NCBI GenBank assembly: GCA_964019335.1
Contig: OZ025708.1
Location: forward strand, 124,001 to 188,000
DNA length: 64,000 bases
Reading direction: 5' to 3'
From: Diplonema japonicum
Taxonomy: Eukaryota; Protista; Euglenozoa: Diplonemea
The notes beneath the pieces were generated by a model. It saw only the letters and a program-made list of their open reading frames with translations. It did not search any database and was not told the origin of the DNA. The position numbers and the translations under genes are program-made. Shown piece by piece: positions 56,088 to 64,000 of this stretch. Numbering within the stretch: position 1 is the first letter of the stretch; every line of letters begins with the position of its first letter.

Positions 56088-59000
56088 TCATTTCGTAACG
56101 GTGAGGTACGCCATGAAAGCGATGAACGAGAAGCAGAAGAGGAACAACTTCCTCTCGGGTGTGAGGAAGGGTGTTTGGTTGCGCTTGCTGGCGGCGCGTC
56201 TGTTGGCTTTTTCTGCCTCCTTGGTGCGTGCCTGAGAGCGTTTGTCGGCATCTTTCCGCTGACGGAGCCTTTCTGCAGCGAGTGCACGTTGCTCTTCTGC
56301 GATCTGCGCAGGGGTCTTAGTGGAGACAGACGGGACAGGCGTCTGTTTCTTCTGGGTTTTGACGACACGTTTGCCGCTCTTGCTGCTGTCAGTAATGAGT
56401 TTCCTGAGACGTGCAATCCTCTTCGCCAGCCTGGCCTCCTGTAGTCTCGCTAACTCTTCAGGATTGATTCCCTTGTCAGCCTTCTCCTCCACCATGTCCT
56501 CATCAAGCCACCATTCAGGCAGTTCTAGCGATTCCGGGTCGATTTCCATGTCCTCTTCATCGGTGATATCAGATATTTTCATCGACAGCAGTGCGTCCAG
56601 TGCTCTCTTCCTCGCTTCGCTCTCCGCCTTCGCCCTCGCCTCCTTCCTTTCCCGCTTCAGCGCTTCCTCTACAGGTTTCCTGGCGCAGATCGCTATCGAC
56701 GGGCTCCAATATTTCTGGTGGTACCTCCTGCCAAACCTCGTCAGCACGATGAACTCGTAGCCAAGATCCCCGCTCTTCTTCACTAGCCCCTTTTCCTCTG
56801 CTGCTGCAACGTAGCCCCGCAGGTTGGCATATCCCATGTGCCGCTCCCATTTGATCCCCAAGTCTTTCTTTAAAAAGTACTTCACGTCACAGTACTGGCA
56901 CCTGCTGTTCTTGTCATAGTCGAAGAGGTCCAACAGCGGTGATAGTGTGCTGTGCCATTCTGGGAGGCCCTTGCGCAGTTCGTACAGCGGGTGGTTCCTC
57001 TCGATGCTTGCGAGGTTCGCCTCGAACGCCTTCTTGTAGTCGGTGGTGTCGGTGTCCATGACAATGGGCTCGTCTTCCTCCTCCTCTTGGAAGTCCTCGG
57101 GGGAGAAGTCTTGAACGTTCTTTCTGAGGTCGACGTCCACTGCCCAGAAGTCCTGGTAGTCATCGTCTTCGTCTGCACCGCCGTCTGCGTCGTCTTGATC
57201 TGTGCTGGTGGTCTGTCTGATGAGGTCTGACACAGAGGGGCCTTCGTCGCGGACTTCTTTGCTGGCGATGTTCTTGAGTGCGCCTTGTCCCGTCACCATT
57301 ACTGCCTCTACGCCGCTGGGTTTAGCAGCTTCTGGTGCATCTTTGTCATCACATCGCACCAGCCATTCGACCAACAGGTCCATGTCGTGACCGCCACATG
57401 CCCGCATCGCTTGCTTCGCCTTCGACTGCGGTACACCAATCGACTTCATCGCTGCCAGCGTCTCTCGTTCCAGTTTCAGAGCCTTATCCCGTTCTGCTCT
57501 CTCTTTGTCTCTTATCTTTCTTGCTTCTTCCTCTTTTTGTTGCAAGACCTTCTCTTCTCTCTGTGCCTGTCTGATGAGCTCTAACTCTTGTGCTCTCTTT
57601 ATTTTTTCTTCTCTCTCCGCTGCTTTCCTTTCCGCTTCCAGTTTCTTTTTGATCTCAGCTTCCCTTTTCGCCTTCTCAGCTTCCTTCTTCTTTCGGAACT
57701 CTTCTTCGATCTTCCGCCGTTTTTCCTTCTCCACCCTTTCCCTCTCCTCCTCCTCTTGTGCGATTCTTATTCGCTCGCGTTCCTTTTCCTCCCTCACCAG
57801 TCGCGCGGCTTCTTCCGCTGCCTCCTCTGCTTCAAGACTCTCGAGGAGCTTTTGCACCTCTGGTAGTAATGGTGAAGAGAAAGACTCTGCGGCAGAAAAG
57901 AGCTTTGCCCTGGCCTCGGGGAAGTTTAGGAGCAGAGATTTGAGGCCGTGCTTTGTGGTAGTGGTGTGCAGGACGATCTCGAGGATGAGGGCGGCGGTAG
58001 AGGGGGTCACTGTTGCCGAGCACCAGATGGGGACCACGACAGGCAAGAGCATGTCCGACAGCTTGGCGAGATCTTTCGCAGCAGACGTCCGCATGGTCAG
58101 CACGTGCATGATGTCCAACGCCTGCGGCTCGTCCGTCGCGATGAATGTTGTCAATTTCTTCAAGAACTTCGGGTCGTACGAAACCTTCACTTTGTTGGCG
58201 CTCTTCAGCACCTCCGTTACAACCTGCAACACGGCGGACCTCACGCTCACAGCGGTGCTGTGGTTTGCAGGCAGTTTGCACTGTCCGTACTTCCCGATCC
58301 CCATTAAGACAGCAGCATGTTTCTGCAGGATAGGGTCATAAACAGGGTCGGCACTGCTGCTCGGGTCCTTCTCGAGGGAGAGCTTGAGGATGTCGTAGGC
58401 GGTGAGGTTGTGCGTGTGGACGTCGGGCGACACGGCGTAGGTGACACACTGCCTGATGAGCGGGGCGGTGGGCGCTGTATCACTAGCTGAATAGTAGTAG
58501 AGGAAAAGCTGGAGCAGCATTGTAGGCGCTTGGCCCAGCAGCTTCTCGACGATGGAGAGCATGCTACCGTGCTTCGTACCGGTGGAGAGGGGCACGAGAC
58601 AGACACCCCTGTAATCCTGAAGAGTGGGGTCATCCAGCAGGCGATCAGGGGAATAGGTCTCGGGGAGCTTGAAAGGCTCGCAGTTGTTGTGGAAGAACGC
58701 ATTCCACAGCAGCTCCGACAGCGGCTGTGTGGCGCCTTCATGCAACAGTGCGACAAGCACTTCGGGTGTCAGTTGCTCGTACAAAACAGGCGCTGCTTGG
58801 CACGCAGCTGTCGCTGCAGCTAAGATGGCGGGTGCCAACGCGCAGTGCATAGCCGCCACCTCAAGGTATAGTTGCAGCTCGTCAGCATCGGAGCAGACCT
58901 CTGCAGTGTTTGCCACACACGCCAAGCCCAGTCTCATGATCTCTAAGGCCGTCTTGTCGTCTAGCAGTGCTGCTTTCGACAGTTCCATCCCGCTGTCTCC

Positions 59001-60497
59001 GTCTTGCTTCTTCTTCTTCTTCTTTTTCTTCTTCTTGGCGTCATCTGCTGTAACTCTTCCAGCAACCCTTGCGACGCAGGGCGCCAGACATCTGCTTAAT
59101 ATTACTTCTTCATGTGCTTCGCTCACAGTACCGCCTTCCATGTATCCCAGTCCGGTCACGATCAGGGAGGGCTGCTCGGTGCCGAATTTCTTGATAACGA
59201 ACACGGCGGCTTCATGGACATCGGTTGGCGAGAACCCCAAGCTTTGCACAAAGGACACGTCGGGGACCGAGAAGGCCGCTTTTGCGAACGGGCAGTAGTC
59301 GCAAGTGCCTGCCAGCAGTGATTTCCATAACGCCGCCATAGACGGTGCCAGCACAGACAGGCCCTCTTTGTGGGCGTGCAGGGTCACTGCGGCGGACTCC
59401 AAAAGGCAAGCATAGATATGTTTCTGGTGGTTGGTCAGTGTCTCCGCGTTTGACGCGGGAAACTGCTTCAAAGCAGACAGGACGAGAGGCAACGCATCAC
59501 CAAGGTGATGCCCTGTGGACACCGTGACTAAGGACTTCGCAGCAGCTGACTTCACAGCCGTGGGGACGGTAGTACTGAGCTGCAACTCCGCCAAGGGAAT
59601 CGCCCAGCTTTGCATGCTTCCGAGGATGTGCGTCTTCTTCACACGCACAGCTTGGTTGAAGAGAGTCACAACACCGTCTGGGCACACGGACAAGCACGGT
59701 ACCAAGTCAGCCACCCACGACACTTCGGAAATGGTGTCCAGCTGAAGAGTAATGAGATGCAACCCTAACTCGGCGCCTTCCTTGTGGGTGAGGAAGTGCT
59801 TGATGTGAGCATCAGTGAACGCTGAGGACAGCACGCCCTGCTGCACTGCCTTGCTGATACATGAATAAACCTCGGTCGCATTGGTGGGGTGCTCGGCGAG
59901 GATCTGCGGCAGGATGTGTACCTGCACATCACTAGGAGACAGATGCGACACCGCGTGGCAGCATGCAGCCTGCCAGTCATGGTCGGCGGGATCGAAGGAG
60001 GGAAGCGAGAGGTGCGTTTCGAGTTCTAACAACGATGAGACACAAGAAGCTGTGACAAGGAGCTCCGGGGTGGTGATGGCAAAGGTAGACGGGTGCGGGA
60101 GGTGTGCGCATGCTTTAGATTCCTTCCCGAGCATCCCGCGTGCGTCAGCAACGAGCTGCAGCGTGACCTCCTTGTTGTATTTCTTTTTCAAAAACTCCGT
60201 GAGCAGGTGGTCCCCTTGCCGCTCCCACATCTCGCGCGAGGCCATCGCTTCCCGCACCGCCTTCGCCCCGTCCATCATCTCGTCGTTTGCATTTTCAATC
60301 ACTATCTCCCTCTCATCCCCCTCACTGTTCACCATCACAGGTGCGCACAACATGTAAGCAGACATCGCAGGGGGCATCGCGGCACCTTCTTCCAAAACCA
60401 CTCTCCGATCCGCTTCAAAAGCCCCTTCTGTGAGAAAAAACTGCTTCTGGGCAGAAGTGCTGTACCCCATCGGCGGGATTGATTCGAAATCCGCCAT
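56088..60497 (-). CDS. Large (1,469 aa) protein: helical solenoid, charged coiled coil, UBA-like domain, possible LOTUS/OST-HTH, C-terminal tail anchor
   Basis: UBA-like LAAMKSIGVPQSKAKQAMRACGGHDMDLLVEWL; LOTUS-like HMGYANLRGYVAAAEEKGLV; terminal hydrophobic LFLFCFSFIAFMAYLTV. Confidence 0.7.
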   Translation of the reverse strand: MADFESIPPMGYSTSAQKQFFLTEGAFEADRRVVLEEGAAMPPAMSAYMLCAPVMVNSEGDEREIVIENANDEMMDGAKAVREAMASREMWERQGDHLLTEFLKKKYNKEVTLQLVADARGMLGKESKACAHLPHPSTFAITTPELLVTASCVSSLLELETHLSLPSFDPADHDWQAACCHAVSHLSPSDVQVHILPQILAEHPTNATEVYSCISKAVQQGVLSSAFTDAHIKHFLTHKEGAELGLHLITLQLDTISEVSWVADLVPCLSVCPDGVVTLFNQAVRVKKTHILGSMQSWAIPLAELQLSTTVPTAVKSAAAKSLVTVSTGHHLGDALPLVLSALKQFPASNAETLTNHQKHIYACLLESAAVTLHAHKEGLSVLAPSMAALWKSLLAGTCDYCPFAKAAFSVPDVSFVQSLGFSPTDVHEAAVFVIKKFGTEQPSLIVTGLGYMEGGTVSEAHEEVILSRCLAPCVARVAGRVTADDAKKKKKKKKKKQDGDSGMELSKAALLDDKTALEIMRLGLACVANTAEVCSDADELQLYLEVAAMHCALAPAILAAATAACQAAPVLYEQLTPEVLVALLHEGATQPLSELLWNAFFHNNCEPFKLPETYSPDRLLDDPTLQDYRGVCLVPLSTGTKHGSMLSIVEKLLGQAPTMLLQLFLYYYSASDTAPTAPLIRQCVTYAVSPDVHTHNLTAYDILKLSLEKDPSSSADPVYDPILQKHAAVLMGIGKYGQCKLPANHSTAVSVRSAVLQVVTEVLKSANKVKVSYDPKFLKKLTTFIATDEPQALDIMHVLTMRTSAAKDLAKLSDMLLPVVVPIWCSATVTPSTAALILEIVLHTTTTKHGLKSLLLNFPEARAKLFSAAESFSSPLLPEVQKLLESLEAEEAAEEAARLVREEKERERIRIAQEEEERERVEKEKRRKIEEEFRKKKEAEKAKREAEIKKKLEAERKAAEREEKIKRAQELELIRQAQREEKVLQQKEEEARKIRDKERAERDKALKLERETLAAMKSIGVPQSKAKQAMRACGGHDMDLLVEWLVRCDDKDAPEAAKPSGVEAVMVTGQGALKNIASKEVRDEGPSVSDLIRQTTSTDQDDADGGADEDDDYQDFWAVDVDLRKNVQDFSPEDFQEEEEDEPIVMDTDTTDYKKAFEANLASIERNHPLYELRKGLPEWHSTLSPLLDLFDYDKNSRCQYCDVKYFLKKDLGIKWERHMGYANLRGYVAAAEEKGLVKKSGDLGYEFIVLTRFGRRYHQKYWSPSIAICARKPVEEALKRERKEARAKAESEARKRALDALLSMKISDITDEEDMEIDPESLELPEWWLDEDMVEEKADKGINPEELARLQEARLAKRIARLRKLITDSSKSGKRVVKTQKKQTPVPSVSTKTPAQIAEEQRALAAERLRQRKDADKRSQARTKEAEKANRRAASKRNQTPFLTPERKLFLFCFSFIAFMAYLTVTK

Positions 60498-60611
60498 TTC
60501 TTTTTTTTTTTTTCCCCTTTCTTTTTTTTTTTCTTCTTTTTTTTTCTTAATTCTCATCCACAAAAGGGGGGAAGGAAAAAAAAAAAAAAAAAAAGATCCG
60601 TTTTGTGATAT

Positions 60612-61562
60612 TTATTTTTCACGGTTGGTTTCCGGTTCAGCCGATACAAGATTCACCCCAACACGATCCGTGATGTCCCTCTCGATGAGCGACAGGGCAG
60701 ATGTCGCGGCGGGCAGAGGCGGCAACGGGATGTTGGCAAACGAAGGCGGGGAGAGAAGCGTATCCGGCACCACGTCACCGAGAGAGGAGGGACCTTCCCC
60801 TTGCAAGAGGAACAAAGTCTTTTCAGATGATGAGATGGCAGGGTGCACGTCAACTGGAGTCCCTGAAGACGTGTGTGTCTGCACCACAATGTGGTACCCA
60901 AGATGCCGGAAAAACCCCACGAGTGATGAAACGGAAGAAGTCTGATAAAGATCGAGGAGCTCCACACCACCATCACTCTGCCTCAGAGCGTTGACCCCGG
61001 TGCATATCTTGGCGCATCCCTCCGGTACGACTACAGTAGTAACATTGCATCCTAAGCATGCGGCAGCAAGATCTCCAAACTGAACCATTGGAAAGTTCTT
61101 GCAAACAATTGCAACAGCATTTGAAAGGGGAACCTCAGGGTCGTCTGGGAAGTACGGCACATCTCGCTGCCCCACCACAAGATTAACCCCGACACGGTCC
61201 AAGTCCTTGTTGTCAGTGATGTAGGTTATACCGGCCCCTAATGACCTCATCCTTCGTTTTATCTCAATAGACCTTCGCATGTTGCCCTGTGCCGATCTGC
61301 TCGGGAAATACACCCTCATGTACTCCCTTCTTTTTGTACCGTGCAGCATTCGTTCGACAAGGGGGAGGCTGTCGATGACGATGCCCCTGTCGGAGTGCCC
61401 ATCTATCTCCACCACTTCCTTCCACTGTTTCGCGTGCTGCGTGCTGGCGTATTTTACCTCGTTCGCCACGTCCCCCATCGTCCTCCAACTTTTTTTTTTT
61501 AACATCGTGGCCGCCCTTCCCATGGCATCACTGGCTTTCCGGCCAATTTCGAAGAAACTCAT
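60612..61562 (-). CDS. Divergent SpoU/TrmH (SPOUT) RNA methyltransferase-like protein, probably mitochondrial, 316 aa
   Basis: QFGDLAAACLGCNVTTVVV, ALRQSDGGVE, RHLGYHIV and LFLLQGEG occur in SpoU motif order but with substitutions. Basic N-terminus. Confidence 0.55.
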   Translation of the reverse strand: MSFFEIGRKASDAMGRAATMLKKKSWRTMGDVANEVKYASTQHAKQWKEVVEIDGHSDRGIVIDSLPLVERMLHGTKRREYMRVYFPSRSAQGNMRRSIEIKRRMRSLGAGITYITDNKDLDRVGVNLVVGQRDVPYFPDDPEVPLSNAVAIVCKNFPMVQFGDLAAACLGCNVTTVVVPEGCAKICTGVNALRQSDGGVELLDLYQTSSVSSLVGFFRHLGYHIVVQTHTSSGTPVDVHPAISSSEKTLFLLQGEGPSSLGDVVPDTLLSPPSFANIPLPPLPAATSALSLIERDITDRVGVNLVSAEPETNREK

Positions 61563-61766
61563 ATTTTATTTTTTATTTTTTTTTATCCCCCTCTTCAAAT
61601 CTTCCTTCTCCCTATATTTATATATTATTTAAAAAAAAAAAATGGTGTTAGGAGAGGGGGGGAGGGGAGAGAGAAAAAAAAAAGAAAAAAAAAACCATGG
61701 GTTTTCTTCAAACTCACTTCTTTTTTAAAAAAACACTCTCTCCCCCCCCCCCCCCCCCCCTTCCTC

Positions 61767-62123
61767 TCAAAGTGCGGTCCAGTACACACACGCAATACAG
61801 TAAAGGTGTCGGTTGTTTTCATCTTTGTGGAGCAGCATGTTGTCTTGCGCATTGTCCCAGTACGCGGAGGCAGCTAGGTGCAGTCCGGCACCTGTATGCC
61901 GCATGACGAAGCACGAAACGACAAATTTAAAAGGTTTGTTTAAGCGTGTTAACTCCTTCATGCATATTTCGGTGATGGAATTTATCCATTTCCCCACAAG
62001 GGATTCCTCATACTGCTGGGTGTGCCCGATTGTCCCTTCTATGGCTTCCTTAACTATTCTCAAAACGGTTTCTGTTTGAATCATCAGCTCCTCCGGCTGT
62101 TCGAACCCCGTTCGCCCCTCCAT
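61767..62123 (-). CDS. DYNLT: Dynein light chain Tctex-1 family
   Basis: IVKEAIE..IG...Y....V.KW...I.E.C..EL..LNKPFKFVVSC.VM...GAGLH.A.S.YWD...D.......N..LYCI..VY. Confidence 0.93.
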   Translation of the reverse strand: MEGRTGFEQPEELMIQTETVLRIVKEAIEGTIGHTQQYEESLVGKWINSITEICMKELTRLNKPFKFVVSCFVMRHTGAGLHLAASAYWDNAQDNMLLHKDENNRHLYCIACVYWTAL

Positions 62124-62863
62124 TGTTGGGGTTTTATTTTATTTTATTTTATTTTAATAGATGTGTAGGACCTTTTTTTTTTTTTTTTTTTTTTTTGCGC
62201 TGTGTCTTTTTCAGGGGTGGGGGGGGGAAGAATATGAAAACAAAAAAGAACACTTTGGTTCCCCCCTTTTTTCTTTTTTTTTTCTTCGAATTTATTTCCC
62301 CCACCATCTCCGATCGGCAGATGGAAGAAAAAAAAGGGGGGAAGGAGGGGGGGGGGGGAACAAGGGTTGGTAATGAACAAATTTAAACCCAATGAAAAAA
62401 GTAAAAGGGGGGGAAAAGGGGGGGGGGGGGGGAAGGCGGGATACGAGGTGGTAAACACTAGAAAAAAAAGGAAGAAAGATAAAAAGGGGTATTTGAGAAG
62501 GGTGGGGGGGGGGAAGAAAAAAGAAGTAGGGGGGACAAAGCAAAGAGTGCCAGAAAACAAAAAACCCTTAAAAACAAAAAGGAAAAAAAAAACTTGAAAT
62601 GACCCCTGTAAAAAAAAAAAGGAAAAAAAAAAAGGCATCTATTTGCTCTTATGGTCCCCTCCACATTCACTTCTTCAACACGAGCTTCCCAGAGGGGAAA
62701 GGGGAGGGGGAATGATCTTTTCTTTTTCTCTCTCTGGTTGTCCCTTTTTTTTTTTTTTGAACCCACCCCTTTTCGAACAGACAACAAAAAGGGAGAAGGG
62801 GCAGAAGGGGCGCAAACAAAAAAAAAAAAAAAAACTTCAATTTTCTTTTGTGTCGTAGCACAT

Positions 62864-62949
62864 CTAGAGATCCCTGATGGAAGGCACAGTAGACAGGTCA
62901 CCGAATGCGGTGTAGGTAGGGGCAGAAGCGCCCATCACGTCTCCAAGCT

Positions 62950-62981
<32 letters not shown>

Positions 62982-63072
62982 CTTCTTTTTTTTTCCCCCA
63001 AAACACACCTTCTTCATGTCAGCAGCGGTCACGTCACTGATTGCCTGCAAGACAGCAGGGACGGTCCTGAGT

Positions 63073-63110
<38 letters not shown>

Positions 63111-64000
63111 TCTGGACAACATACTTGCCAATGCTGGCGGTGCCAGAATGCAAGACAAGGAAGTCAAGCAGACCCTCACGGGTGTTTGTGCTCGACAGGA
63201 AGTTAACCGCGGCAACCTTCTTGGCAGCCTCCAGCTCGGACCCCGCAAGGCTGCCGGTTGCGTTCACAGAGGCAGCAAGGTTCTTGGCGGCGACATCGGC
63301 GTGCTCAGGACGGCACCTCACCATCCCACCCACCACGGAGGTACCCTCGAAGGACTTGAGGAGACCCTCCGTCCCGAAGCCAGTCCCGACAGAGGCACCC
63401 ACGTTGCCCGTTGCCACCAGCATCGAGGCGAAGTCCTTGATGGACGCGCTGCCCATCCCCTGCCTGCCGTACGAGACGTAGACATCGTTGTAGAACTGCT
63501 GGTTCTTGAAGGCCTCGCTCTTTCTGAAGAATTCATGCGTGTTGCCACCCATGTACGCCCCCACCTGGTTTACCTCGGTCGCAATGTTCGCGTCTGCAAA
63601 ACGGTGTTTTTATTTTTTTTTTATTTTTTTTTTTCTTTACGACATACTCTTGTGCGAAGGGTGATCAGCGGTGTTGGCGGTGCTCCACTCGCTCTTCTCA
63701 TACGCAGCGGAGAGCTCCTCTGCGGAGATGTTGACACCCGCAAGGGTCACGCGCTCGGGGGTGAAGTACGTGCCCCACCAGTTGATAAGGTCCTAGATTT
63801 TTTTTTTTTTTTTTTTTTTTTTTTGTATTTCAAAAATAAAAAAAACAAAAAATTCCATACGTCATGGGTGATGGTGTCGACGTTGAAGCCCGGGCAGTCT
63901 TCGTCGTTGGCGAGGGAGCTGGCGCTGAAGGCGGTCTTGGCGAACTGCTTGAGGGCGTAGGCCTTCTGGTCATGGGTTTTGGTGGCGTGGTTGTTGTCAA
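62864..64000 (-). CDS. M16-family mitochondrial processing peptidase alpha / cytochrome bc1 core-2-like protein (3' part; 5' end beyond the window)
   Basis: YFTPERVTLAGVNISAEEL, YMGG, AISDVTAADMKK, PTYTAFGDLSTVPSIRDL*. Introns 63793-63860, 63594-63647, 63067-63124, 62948-63008. Confidence 0.75.

Noticed and set aside
59008-59036. Poly-Lys run in the 1,469-aa protein as a hidden A-rich intron
   Set aside because: Encoded mostly by AAG codons with no GTRTG donor just upstream; looks like a real coding tract.

Overview
Eukaryotic (protist) genomic DNA. About 22 protein-coding genes all lie on the minus strand, head-to-tail, separated by homopolymer-rich spacers. This organisation, the kinetoplastid-like adenylate cyclase and the frequent short cis-introns fit a euglenozoan, most likely a diplonemid (inference). 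The six-frame ORF track fragments many genes. Reading the sequence directly, I reconstructed 32 short GT-AG introns (31-93 nt, mode 35 nt; 25/32 start GTRTG, 29/32 end CAG). Most are A/CA-rich and lack a polypyrimidine tract, and they tend to sit in the 3' part of genes. Main genes: a ~3,930-aa type I surface protein (CAP/SCP domain, ~70 six-Cys EGF-like repeats, mucin-like linkers, TM), NOT4, SCAPER-like, Pho88/SND3, a divergent TruD-like protein, TVP15/COPI-associated, TAP42/IGBP1, FUN14-like, a membrane adenylate cyclase, a subtilisin-EGF-TM protein, calreticulin, PheRS beta, a coiled-coil protein, a TLC/Lag1 protein, DUF3592, a UBA-containing large protein, a SpoU-like protein, Tctex-1 and a partial M16 (MPP-alpha/core 2) gene. 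Non-coding mobile DNA: a 169-bp TA-flanked MITE next to a ~440-bp foldback palindrome (26.6-27.2 kb), and a ~1-kb TIR element (49.9-50.9 kb). All homology calls are from motif recognition, with no database search. Intron calls rest on frame restoration, and homopolymer lengths may be sequencing-dependent.
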